DNA of 62,347 nucleotides, filler included, from Chiloscyllium plagiosum (Eukaryota): the NCBI RefSeq assembly GCF_004010195.1. It is 4 parts of one record of this genome, joined end to end, with 100 filler letters (N's around TTAATTAATTAA, not from the genome) between each part and the next. Parts side by side here need not be neighbours in the genome. Positions count along the whole stretch, not along the records: positions 1 to 19,171 come from NC_057717.1; positions 19,272 to 40,669 come from NC_057717.1; 2 more parts are not named here. The stretch is one strand, 5' to 3'. The position numbers and the translations under genes are program-made. The notes below the pieces were generated by a model. That model made no database searches, was not told the origin of the DNA, and saw nothing but the letters and a program-made list of their open reading frames with translations. Below are positions 12,562 through 23,370 of this stretch, piece after piece (positions within the stretch are counted from its first letter, which is position 1; the number at the start of each line of letters is the position of its first letter).

Positions 12562-13724
12562 ACGGACAGATAACGACAAAGAATGAACTACAAAGAACTC
12601 ACCGATCTCGGGACTCATAGTGGAAGCAGTAATGCAAAGGTTAGAACAAAAACAGTCTTACCACAAATTCAACCCAAACTCTGGGTCAGATACGCTGATG
12701 ACACCTTTGTAATCATTAAAACACAGAAATAGAAAAAAACACACCGGATCATCAACGCCACGCTCACAGGAATCCGATTCACGAGAGAGGAATTAAAGGA
12801 CAACCAACTCCCATTCCTAGACGTGATGGCACAGAGAATACCGAACGGAGAATTCACGACGAAGGTTTACAGGAAAGCCACACACACAGACTAGCTCCTG
12901 AACTATGAAAGCAACCACCCCAACACACACAAACGAAGTTGCATCAAGACACTATTCAAAAGAGCCACAACACACTGCAGCACACCAGAACAGCAAAAAG
13001 AAGAAAAGGAACACCTATACAAGGTATTCACCAAAAACGGACACCAGCGCAACTTCATCAACAGATGCCTAGGAGAAAGACAACAGAACGAGGACATGCC
13101 GCAACCCAAAGGACTTGTCACACTACCATACATCAAGAACATCTCTGAACTGACAGCCAGACTACTGCGACCACTGGGACTTATAACAGCACACAAACCA
13201 ACAGCCACACTCAGACAACAACTCACCAGAACGAAGGACCCCATACCCAGCATGAGCAAACTAATGTAGTATACAAAATCCCATGCCAGGACTGCACAAA
13301 ACACTATATAGGACAAACAGGAAGACAGCTAACAATTCACATCCACGAACATCAACTAGCCACGAAACGACATGACCAGCTATCCCTAGTGCTACACACG
13401 CAGACGACAAGCAACATGAATTCGACTGGGACAACACTACCATTATAGGGCAGGCCAAACAAAAAACAGCCAGGGAATTCCTAGAAGCATGGCACTCATC
13501 CACAAACTCCAACAACAATCACATTGACCTGGACCCAATATACCGGCCACTAGAGCAGACAGCTGAAACTGACAACCGGAAGTGGCAGGGACAGGCCACT
13601 ATAAATGCCGGAGGAAACCCACAGAAGCGGTTCACTGGAGGCTCCCAAGCACCGAGGATGTTACCTAGACATGGGACGAAACGTTTGCAACAAAAATGTC
13701 CAGCTCGGCGAACAGAACCCCAAC
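12562..13724 (+). mobile_element. Penelope-like element (Poseidon-type), right arm of the same fold-back insertion
   Basis: Inverted copy of the left arm. Contains LWVRYADDTFVII and the GIY-YIG region with frameshifts, and ends at the second TSD copy. Confidence 0.95.
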
Positions 13725-13736
13725 AGTGCTGTACTT

Positions 13737-15300
13737 TTAACCATGAACTTTGTGTCGTCTGTGTCTATGTGATGAGCGCGAGAAGACTCAAATTTAGCAA
13801 ATATTGTCACCTTCTACAACATGAGTAGAGAAATCTCTGGTAATTGTAGAACAATGAGTCTTTGTTTCGGTGAAGGTAAAGTTTTGGAAAATATTATGAG
13901 AGATAGGATTTATGATTATCTAATAAGGAAGAAGTGGATTCGGGAGAGTCAATTCGATTTTGTGAAGAGTAGTTTGTGCTTCACAAACCTTATGGACGTT
14001 GATAATATTCCCCACGGTAGGCTATTGCATAAATAACGCAGGCATAGGATTAATAGTTATTTAGCTGTTTGGATCAAAGAATGGTGACCTGAAAGAAGCC
14101 AGAGTGGTTAGTTGATGGTAAACCTTCGTCCTGGAGTTCAGAGACTAATGGTATACCAGAAGGTTGATCCACTGCAGTTGACATTTGTATAAATAATCTG
14201 GATTTGGGCATGGAATGATGGGTCAGTAAATCAGCCAATGGCTTCAAACTCGATGGAGTTGTCAACTGTGTCAAATGCTGCTGCAGGTTGCAGTTGGACA
14301 TGTACAACGTGCAGGGCTGAGCTCAGAGGTCGCAAATAGAGATTAATGCGGGAACATGTGCAATCATTCACTTTGGAAGGAACAACAAGAAGAGAAAATT
14401 CTGGGCTAAAAGTCATATTCTTGGAAGTTTAGGTGAGCAGAGAGATCTTGGTGCTAATGTGCATAAAACTCTGAAAGTTACCACCGATGTTGATAGGTTT
14501 ATTGGGAAGGAGCACGTTATGTTAGATTTATTGGGAGAAGGCACCGTGTGGGCGGTACGGTGGCACAGTGGTTCGCACTGCTGCCTCACATTGCCAGAGA
14601 CCCGGGTTCAATTCCAGACTCAGGCAAATTGGGTCTGCGTGGGTTTCCTCCGGGTGCTCCGGTTTCCTCCCCCAGTCACAAAGATGTGCAGGTCAGGTGC
14701 ATTGGCCATGCTAAACTGCCCGTAGTGCTTGGTAAAGGGGTAAATGTATGGGTGGGTTGCGCTTCAGGGGGTCGGTGTGGACTTTTTGGGCCGAAGGGCC
14801 TGTTTCCACACTGTAAGTAATCTAATCTAAAGGATTGGGTTTCACAGCCACGAGGTCATGTAACACTCCAGAAATGCTCTATCTGCACTTGTGACGTTGC
14901 GTAGAGTTCTGGTCGGCACATCATAGGACGGATGTGCAAGCATTTGAAAGGGTGCAAAGGAGATTTACTATGATGCTGTCTTGTATAGAGGGAACGCATT
15001 ACGAGGAAAGACTGAGGGACTTGAGGTTGTTTATGAGAGAGATAAGAAGTTTGGGAAGTGATTTGAAGTTGAGACTGAATCAAGCCGAGGTAGATGCTTT
15101 TCTCAGTGAGTAGGAAAGGTGCAGAACGCCTTGCATTCAACAGTCGTAGACTCATCAACTTTCAGGGCTTTTAAATGATCAGGGGATAATCTTTTGAGTT
15201 ACAATGATGAAATGTCGTTAAGCTGGACTTATGATTAATATCGCAGGTTGCTTGCAACATCAAAAGCCAAAGACCCTTTATTGCACAGTAATTTGCGGTC
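13737..15300 (+). mobile_element. Continuation of CR1 ORF2 (RT) and 3' end after the Penelope insertion
   Basis: GKVLENIMRDRIYDYL and SLCFTNL, plus a 3' UTR remnant gcaacatcaaaagccaaagaccc. The sequence joins 11019 across the TSD. Confidence 0.85.
14550..14830 (+). mobile_element. HE1-type tRNA-derived SINE
   Basis: A box ggtggcacagtggt, B box gggttcaattcc, core gggtttcctccgggtgctccggtttcctccc, CR1-like tail gggccgaagggcctgtttccacactgta and aatct repeats. Confidence 0.92.
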
Positions 15301-15929
15301 CTCGAACTGTTCTTCAGCCTGATGTTGCAATCATCCCTGGTCACTATCAGTGAAATGAGCGCCTGGCGAGGATCAATCTCGCAATTTCGGCAGCTCACAC
15401 ACTTCTAATCTGTTATCGAAGCACGGCAACCTGATCAATTTTCTCACTGGAGCTGGCACCACAGGTCGACCAACGGCACCACAGGACGACCAACGGATTC
15501 TTGCCACTGATCCCATGAATCCAATTACTCATTTTTTTGCTGTGGATCTGAAATGAAAATCAGCTTAGTGGTGGTTGTAATGAGAATGGATCATCGATAA
15601 TGTCGCATCAGGCTCAGGAAAAAGACAGAAAAAAACTGTGGTGAAAAACAGATGTTACTGAATATAAGTTTACCGTGCCTTCCTGCGTTGATCACGGGCA
15701 ATTTTACATCGCCACTGCCATGGGATTTTCCTTCCATCAGTTTCAACTCGTCACAGAATTCGATTCACTGCCTTCTCCAACTTCCTTTGGACAGTTGATA
15801 CGACACAGTGACCCACATTGCACACAACGTCAACAATCGTCAGCATTACTTCATCCAAGGGCACGTGGCATGGTTTGTATAAATAGTAGAGATGGAGCAA
15901 CATTATTCAGGGGCAAATTGGATTTCAGT

Positions 15930-16240
15930 TTAGATTAGTTTACATTCCCTACAGTGTGAAAACAGGCTCTTCGATCCAACCAGTCCACACCACCGAAGAG
16001 TAACCCGCTCAGACCCATTTCCCTTTGACTGATGCATCTAACACTGCGGGCAATTTTGCATGACCAATTAACATGACCTGCTCATTTTTGGATTGCGGGA
16101 GGAAATCGGAGTGCCCAGAGCAAACCCACGCAGAAACGGGGAGAACGTGCAAAATCCACCCAGATTGTATTCAAGTTTGGAATCGAATCTGCGGCACTGG
16201 TGCTGTGGGGCACCAGTACTAATCACTGAGCCACCGTGCC
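15930..16240 (-). mobile_element. HE1-type SINE, degenerate
   Basis: Reverse complement of the HE1 head (ggcacggtggctcagtg), core and tail. Confidence 0.85.
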
Positions 16241-16587
16241 ACTGAAGATGTAGATCTACACTGTCCTCATTATGTTAATGTTTAAAAACCTGGGCCAGAA
16301 ACAGCACAGGCAGGAAGGAACATGAGGAGGCCACGCCTCCTGGCCAGGACATTCAAAATCATCATGGCTGAGCCAGCATATTAATATCTTTTTTCAGCCT
16401 ATCAACATCATCGTGTTGCCTATTGGCTAACAGATATTTATCGAGCTCTACCTTCAACAAACATCGAAATTGTTCATTTGTGAAAAATAGATTTTTCCCT
16501 TTTCAAGACAGTTGGGATTCTGCACGTATAATACCGGTTTTGCAGAGGAGCAGCCGAGTCTGCTCTGATCACGTTTAAAACCAAACT

Positions 16588-16679
16588 CGACTCTGGTGGA
16601 ATTCGAACACACAACCTATTTACGAAAGATTCAACAACCACATAAAATGCCAACGCGCTTACCATTGCGCCACATAGCC
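16588..16679 (-). pseudogene. tRNA-Arg(TCT)-derived pseudogene retaining an intron-length insert
   Basis: ggctatgtggcgcaatgg...aggttgtgtgttcgaattccaccagagtcg matches the vertebrate Arg-TCT ends (GGCTCTGTGGCGCAATGG...GTTCGAATCCCACCAGAGTCG). The anticodon arm is degraded; length 92 nt. Confidence 0.75.
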
Positions 16680-17329
16680 GCACGGGCAGACGCGCCTCAG
16701 CACACCTTTGACTCGGGACTCTCAATTCATGTATGTCTGCCTTTGTCACAATTTCCAGTACCTGCTGCTTATCCAAGTGTGCTCTGGGTATTCAAATGTT
16801 TGGCTATATACTGGTGAAATGTTATGCTGACACGTAGCTTTACCACATTTTCATATAGTGAATTCCAGACAAACAACACTGTCTGGGTGAAAACATTTAT
16901 CCTAAATCTCCTCTTAATCCCTTGTCTATTGCTTTTCATCTGTGCCACTGGTTATTTTTACTTCCCAAAAACAAGCTCATTTCTGTCACACATATCTGTC
17001 CTCTTCATAATATGTGCATGTTTATAAGTTTCTCACACAGCCTTCTCTGCACTTACATAATCAGCCCCAGCTTGGCTTGTCTACCTTCACAACGGGAATG
17101 GTCCAGCCATTGTCGTTCTTATCATCTCCCATGAACACCATCTCCTGCAATCAGACGCTTCCTGCAGCCTACAGTGGAAAAACGTTCTCTGAAGAAAAAC
17201 CAAAACGTATGAACAAAATTATTCGCTATTGGAAATCTGCGGAGAGAAAGGAGAGTTATGTTTCCAGTCCAATGATCCGTCTTTGGAACTAATGGGATGT
17301 GTGGATGGTGAAAGAATCTGGAAGAAGCG

Positions 17330-17700
17330 GACGTGTTCTGAAATGATTGAACTCGATGCTGGGTCCTGAAGACTGCATAGTCTGTCAGTAGAAAATGAGG
17401 TGCGATTCTTCCAGCTTGGGCTGTGCCTTCAAGTATCACTGCAGCTGACCGGAGTCTGAAATCGTGTCTTTGGAACACAGTGCAACATTCAAGTGACAGG
17501 AGACTGGAAGATCAGGATAACCTTTGTTTGTTCCATACAGAACGTAGGCGATCTCAGCTTTGTCACTGACTCTGTGTTTCACTCCCCATTGTGGAGAGAT
17601 AACATTCTGTGGAGGAAGAACAGTTGCCTGGACTGAATGAAGTGCAGACAAAGCACTGACAGGTGTCTCTGAAAAGTTACACAGTGAGGAGAGATATCAT
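17330..17700 (-). mobile_element. Degenerate PLE (Neptune-type) GIY-YIG C-terminal fragment
   Basis: PDLPVSCHLN...QPKLEESHLIF...QSSGPSIEFN resembles the PLE endonuclease C-terminus at 4670-4830. Confidence 0.7.
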
Positions 17701-17724
17701 AACCCAGCAGATCTTATTGCTTAG

Positions 17725-18230
17725 GAGATAGAACATTACAGTGCAGTGCAGGCCCTTCGGCCGTCGATCTTGCACTGACCTGTGAATAAAAATTTGATGC
17801 CCATCTAACCTTCACTGTTACATTATTAGCCATATGTATGTCCAATGCACATTGCAATGTCCATATACTCAGCGAGTCTACGATTGTTGCCGACAGGCTA
17901 ATCCACGCCCGTACAGTTATCTGTCTTAAATCAATCGCCATTCAATTTAATGCTGTATCTGTTCGTGTTGGCCTTCACCGTCCGAGGAAAAAGGCTCTTA
18001 CTGTCCACTCTATCTAACCTTTTGATAATTATATAAGTCTCGATTAATTCACTCGCCAACCTTCTTCTCTCCGACGAAAACAACTTCAGGTTCCTCAGAC
18101 TTTGCTCGTAAGACCTTCGATCCACACCAGTCAACATCCCAGAACATCTCCTTTGAACCCTTTCCAAAATTTTCACATCTTTCCAAAATTCAGTGACTAG
18201 AATTGCATGCAATACTCCAGATGGAGCCCT
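17725..18230 (-). mobile_element. CR1 LINE 3' fragment
   Basis: KDVKILERVQRR...LKLFSSERRRL; 3' tail seen as atagaacattacagtgc...ggcccttcggcc. Confidence 0.85.
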
Positions 18231-18861
18231 ACCAGGTGGTCAAGCCACACCTTCTGTGATTTTATGGAATGGGCAGTATGGGCAGTTGCTTGGATGCATG
18301 GAATTCTCGACAAGGGAATTGCGAGAGAAAATGTCCTGCATTGTGGTGGCAAGGTGTGGAGTTCAGTGTGATTGGATATTGCTGAAAGTGGAACAGAATG
18401 TATACTTTCCAACGCTTAATGCTTCCAGTAAGCATTTCAGTTTGGAACATATCTATCAAATGGCTTGCATTTCAACACGGGCACAGGGTACGGTTTCCAG
18501 AACAAACGTGTTTTCACTTTCACTGACACTGTGTCTCTCCGGGAGCTGCGTTCCTTCCACACCCTGACTCGTACAGCACCGTCCTTCCTGAAAAATATCA
18601 TATTGATCATGGAAGCAGATGTTTAAGTAACACCCGTTTGGGAATGAAATGAACAAGTTACAATTCCTAAACTTGTTTCATTTGTTCATTTGGTTAAAGC
18701 TAGAATCTTGTGTGAAGATCTGCACGTCACATTTTCGGATGGATGTTAAAAAATGAAGAAAAAAATATATACAAACGACAAAACCTCGGAGGGAAAGAAC
18801 TGATGGGATCCCTTCACTGCAGACAAAGACCGTTCGTCCCATTGAAGCTGCACATTTAATC

Positions 18862-19171
18862 TGTGAGATACAGAACTCACTCATAAATCAGACTGAGACA
18901 AAGCCTTGGAAACAAGAACATTTATTACAACCTTGCAAGTACCGGACGCATCTGCAATCAAGCAGAAATGCGCGCGAAAACAGGACATGTTAGCTTTCTT
19001 ATTCAGTTTACAAGTTGCGGAATCACACCTCCCTTTTCCAATCCCATCATAAGCCGATTAGCTCGCTTGTTATTTTTCTCTCTAGTTATTTTCTTATCTG
19101 GCCATCCTGCTGTCCTTGTATGTCTGCATTTTTTGTTCCTTGTTTGTTACAGCTTGTACTTTTATCCAGTT
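18862..19171 (-). repeat. ERV 3' LTR (partial, cut by gap)
   Basis: Matches the 5' LTR and 55995-56319, and ends in CA next to the TSD. Confidence 0.9.
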
Positions 19172-19271
19172 NNNNNNNNNNNNNNNNNNNNNNNNNNNNN
19201 NNNNNNNNNNNNNNNTTAATTAATTAANNNNNNNNNNNNNNNNNNNNNNNNNNNNNNNNNNNNNNNNNNNN
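19172..19271. other. Assembly gap with TTAATTAATTAA spacer (also at 40714-40725 and 52731-52742)
   Basis: An identical 12-mer is centred in three ~100-nt N runs. Confidence 0.95.
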
Positions 19272-19600
19272 CGAAACTCTCAGGCCATCGATAGTATCCA
19301 GAGTTTTCGGGGCTGGTCGACGGAACCATCTTGCAAAGTTTTAATTACACCTGTCAGATCTCCATTTTGTATTGTTTGAGCCCGAGTCACATTGTTGTGC
19401 ATCGTCCACTTATTCTATTTTAAGTGGTACTACCGTGAGAGGAATTCCGGATTCACCATGGTGTGGGATATCCGCACATACCCAAAAGTCGGAATGCCCC
19501 TTTGGTTTAACACAATTCTGACATAAAGTGGTAAAATGATTTTTCCAACCCCCTTTTGCAGTTAGCGCCAATATTATCGTGACAATATAAAGCTGACCAC
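19272..19600 (-). pseudogene. env: ERV env 5' part (SU)
   Basis: Reverse complement of 54203-54532 (signal peptide, NHFTTLCQN, WVC region). Confidence 0.85.
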
Positions 19601-19719
19601 TGATTTCAGCTCACAACCCTATCTGTCTATTCCCTAACCCTTTGTATACCAGGGAGGAGTGAGTCCATGCAACACTTACAATTGTTTGGGAGACAGTTCT
19701 TTTTAACTAATACTAAATA

Positions 19720-21055
19720 GTCTCTTATCTCAGTCCATTCCTTTTGCTCAGCTTTACTTTCAGAGAGTCGTCAGTAGGATGAGCTTGCCACTCTGTCGAA
19801 GTGGAAGGAGCGTCCACGGGGCACTGAACATGAGTGTGATGACTCCACCCTTTTTCAGAAGTTCGGACGGCTGTTTCAGTAGTCAGGGGGTTTAGGAACA
19901 GTCCCGCACAGCTTGTGTGCAGTTTGGTATATTTCCAGGTTTTGATCAGGACTCAGTCAACCGGTTGTATTCGATGTACGGCGAACTCAAGTGGATGTGT
20001 CTGGGTCAAAAGACCCTTCTTCCTAAGGACAGAAAAAGAAGAGCCGAGAGCCACAATATGGTACTTTAAAAACTTATCATTGAACTCTACAGTTGGTAAT
20101 TCCACTCTTCCACCCAAGAAAAGTCATCCAAACATTATTTCACAAGGAGAGAGGCCAATATCACGCCTCGGCGCAGTCTTAATGCGTAGCAACGCGATAG
20201 GTAAACATTTTGTCCATGGTTCTGGATTCGTGGTGCTGGAAGAGCACAGCAGTTCAGGCAGCATCCAAGAAGCAGCGAAATCGACGTCAGGATGAAGGGC
20301 ATTTGCCCGACACGTCGATTTCGCTGCTCCTTGGATGTTGCCTGAGCTGCTGTGCTCTTCCAGCACCACTCATTTAGAATCTGGTTTCCAGCATCTGCAG
20401 TCATGGTTTTTTTTTTACCATTTTGTCCATGGTAAACTAGTCTCTAGGACTAGCTTAGAAAATTGCTTCTTTCAGGTTTGATTCATTCGTTTCATGAGTC
20501 CAGAGGAAGGCAGGTGCCAAGGAGTGTGGAATTCCTAAGAGATTTCTAATCCCACCATTACTCCTTGTAGGATCTCAGAGGTAAAATGGCTACCTTTGTC
20601 TGAATCTATACATTCCTCCACTCCATATCGAGCAATTATATGTTCTAAAAGAGTTTTCACTACTACCTTCGAGGTAGCTGAGGACATTGGAAATGCCGCC
20701 ACCCACCTAGTTAGGTGATCCATTAGGACTTATAAGTACTTTTGTTTCCCTACTGGGGGTAATTCTGTGTAATCCACCTGTATTCTTTGAAAAGGACTTA
20801 CCCTAGGGTTTCTTCCACCTCTTGCCGCCCGCCCCCGTTACTTTCTTATTAATCTTTTGGCAAGTTGGGCATCTAGCGCATACCTGCTTGGCTAATGTGT
20901 ATATCCCTTTACGTCCATACTTCCTTAACACTATGTCACACATAGCTTGTGGGCACCAATGGCTGCCTTGATGCAAGGTGGTTCGGATGTTTCTCATGAC
21001 TGGTTTACTTAATAACTCCCTTCCATCTGGGAGGACCCATCTTCCTTGGGTCTTA
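19720..21055 (-). pseudogene. pol: ERV integrase
   Basis: LHQGSHW...CARCPTCQKIN (HHCC), FQRIQVDYTELP, IDSDKGSHFTS, PWTKCLPIALLRIKTAPRRDIGLSP. Interrupted by stops and an insertion. Confidence 0.92.
20221..20418 (+). mobile_element. Short PLE-pLTR-derived hairpin element inserted in integrase
   Basis: 15-bp TSD cattttgtccatggt at 20206-20220 and 20419-20433. ~58-bp inverted arms around ggatgaagggcatttgcccgac. Confidence 0.9.
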
Positions 21056-21414
21056 GCCATCATTACAGTTACTGCACTATCCTCCACCCCAACCTTTAAG
21101 CCCAGCAATATAATCAAAACCCTACCTAATAGATTACTTCCAATGTCAGGAATATATAGTAATTGTCCTATCACTTCCTCATCATTTCTTCTAGTTAGGG
21201 TTGGTTGAAAAATAGACACCAAGAACTCCTCGCCATATACTCCGGGAACCCTGAGATTCTTGTTAGTCAGTTTAATACCGGTAGGTCTAAAACTTATGGA
21301 TGATCGTCCGCTCCCGTGTCCACCAAAAAACCCTGCCTCCTCCCCTTCAGGTTCCACCTTTAAATTTATCAAGAGTTCCCAGTGGGTCTCAGGAGGATGG
21401 ACACCCGGAATCCC
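21056..21414 (-). pseudogene. pro: ERV aspartic protease
   Basis: LVDTGA in a shifted frame (~21311-21324), VPGVYGEEF and SNLLGRV. Follows the gag amber stop in frame. Confidence 0.85.
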
Positions 21415-21935
21415 CTAATCTTCATCTAAGGTCATTACGGAATCAGCTTCCATTTCTTGTGCTAATTCCGGGCATTCCCGTTTAAAATGCCCAACTTTCC
21501 CGCAATGATAACACCCTGCCTGTTGCCTCCTTCCCAAGATGTCCGACCTTTGTCTTTCGTGTCCTCCCCTATCCTTCCTATTATCCCTTGATCACAGTTT
21601 CCTTTTTGTTATCTCTTCTACTGCCTCCACCATCATTTTGGATTTCTTTTTCAGCTTCTCGTCTCCCCTTTTGACATAGACTTTCTGTGCCGCACATAAC
21701 ACTTCTTCCATCTGTTTCTTTCACTCCATCCATCTAATTTTTGTAATTTCTTTGGTATGTCCGGCCATGATTTAGTTACAAACTGGACCTTTAAGAGTCC
21801 CTGTGCTATCGGATTATCGGGACCCATTCCCGAATACTTCCTTGTGGCCTCCTTGAGTCTTTTAAGAAATGCACAAGCGGTTTCATCCTTCTCTTGTCGT
21901 ACTTGAAAGGCATTAACAAAGTTTTGTGATCTACT
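21415..21935 (-). pseudogene. gag: ERV gag C-terminal part (capsid CTD + nucleocapsid)
   Basis: MHR QVRQEKDETACAFLKRLKEATRKYSG, FVTKSWPDI, and zinc knuckle CYHCGKVGHFKREC. TAG at 21417-21415 is followed by G. Confidence 0.9.
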
Positions 21936-22357
21936 AGCCCTTCTGACACGGGTTATTTTCCATTGACATATGCTTTATTTCATATATTGCCAATTCCCCG
22001 TACTTTCGTTACGTCCCAACCACCAAGGCCATACTTTAAGGTCTCTTTTCTTAACATGGTCTGTGCACAGAGTTACCTGGGCTTTTCGGTGCGCCCCGTC
22101 CCGCGGCAATTCCTGCAGCAAATACCGCTGACCTCGGTCACCCAGATATACCCTTTAAGACCTTTCCCTACCCGGGTCTTGTGCACAAGAGTTGTCCGAC
22201 TGAACCCGCCGCGTCTGCCGCCTTGTTTTCAGCTTCTCTAAGTCCGGACCGTACTCGCCCTAACCGCGAACGAGAAGCAAGGGAGTCGGAGATCACCGAA
22301 ATCGGCGAAGTGCACCTCCCCAGTCGTCCCAAGAGTGTCGAGCGGTCGAAGTTTTGC

Positions 22358-22377
22358 ATCCCGGAACGAGGCCCCCA
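22358..22377 (-). promoter_or_regulatory. Primer binding site, tRNA-Pro
   Basis: tgggggcctcgttccgggat starts 2 nt after the LTR end. It equals the canonical TGGGGGCTCGTCCGGGAT with two 1-nt insertions. Confidence 0.85.
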
Positions 22378-22379
22378 AT

Positions 22380-23113
22380 TGTGAGAAACAGAACTCACTC
22401 ATAAATCAGCCTGAGACAAAGCCTTGGAAACAAGAACAATTTATTACAGCCTTGCAAGTACCGGACGCCTCTGCAATCAAGCAGAAATGTTAGCTTTCTT
22501 ATTCAGTTTACAAGTTGTGGAATCACGCCTCCCTTTTCCCATCCTATCATAAGCCGATTAGCTCACTTGTTTTTTTTCTCTCTCTCGTTATTTTATTATC
22601 TGGCCATCCTACTGTCCTTATATGTTTGCATTTTTTTTAGATTACATTACATCTTTGGACTGTGGGAGGAAACCGGAGCACCCGGAGGAAACCCACGCAG
22701 ACACGGAGAGAACGTGCAAACTCCACACAGTCAGTCGCCTGAGGCGGGAATTGAACCCGGGTCTCTAGCGCTGTGAGGCAGCAGTGCTAACCACTGTGCC
22801 ACCGTGCCACCGTGCCGCATTCTTTGTTCCTTTTTTGTTTCAGCTTGTTCTTTTATCCAGTTTCTCTTATCATGCTATAATCTTTGTTGTGAAATGTCCC
22901 TGCTGCTTCTTTTAGTGGTCAACTACAACACTTTAAAGTTATTTCCTAACTTTAAACTATTTTCTTCAAAAGACCCTCTATATTGTTTAAAGTCTAAGCC
23001 TTAAATATGCTACATGCTACATGCTACAAGAATTCCGCGACCGTTTGTATAATGTCCCACCCCCGCAACACCCCACCCACCACATGCAGAAAATACATTT
23101 CTAATCTCCCACA
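22380..23113 (-). repeat. ERV 5' LTR (with HE1 insertion)
   Basis: Begins tgtgggagattag and ends ctcaca; homologous to 55751-56319. Confidence 0.92.
22638..22818 (-). mobile_element. Internally deleted HE1 SINE inserted in the 5' LTR
   Basis: HE1 head and core joined directly to an aatgtaatcta tail. Flanked by gcattttttt / gcattcttt, a short duplicated target. Absent from the other LTRs. Confidence 0.9.
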
Positions 23114-23189
23114 AATCCTAAGAGCTTCACACTCCGCGACCCTTTCTTTCCAACCCCGCACTTACCAAGCAACTACAAAAACAGAATTT

Positions 23190-23370
23190 ACTAGAATTTC
23201 TCAGTCGATCTGACAGCATCAGTGGAGACAAATCAGAGTTAACGCTTCAGTCAAGAACTGTTCTGAGGAAGGTTCACTCGAATCAAAATGTTAACTCCGA
23301 ATTCTCTGATGCTTTAATTCCTATTTTTGTCTCTGACTTACAGTACTTTCATCTCTTTAGCGTTTTATTT
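23190..23370 (+). mobile_element. Old PLE-pLTR-derived short element
   Basis: cagcatc...gagttaacg...ctgaggaaggttcactcgaatcaaaatgttaactc shows an inverted gagttaac/gttaactc pair around a decayed hammerhead motif. Confidence 0.55.

Larger units (their letters stand above)
16165..21019. repeat. Segmental duplication copy A (inverted relative to 52787-59026)
   Basis: Colinear reverse-complement match across the SINE, tRNA pseudogene, PLE, CR1, LTR junction, env and integrase. The ORF track shows paired near-identical peptides. Confidence 0.95.
18862..23113 (-). mobile_element. Class I endogenous retrovirus, internally deleted provirus (LTR-PBS-partial gag-pro-IN-env-LTR); a gap hides part of env and the 3' LTR
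   Basis: TG..CA LTRs, 4-bp TSD AATC at 18858-18861 and 23114-23117, PBS, gag MHR and CCHC, DTG protease, HHCC/DDE integrase, env start. Confidence 0.95.

Noticed and set aside
15455..15494. 20-bp tandem duplication ggcaccacagg(t/a)cgaccaac
   Set aside because: An ordinary slippage duplication with no further structure.
19216..19227. TTAATTAATTAA islands inside N runs (also 40714-40725 and 52731-52742)
   Set aside because: An identical 12-mer centred in ~100-nt gaps, with stops in all frames, is a scaffolding spacer and not biology.
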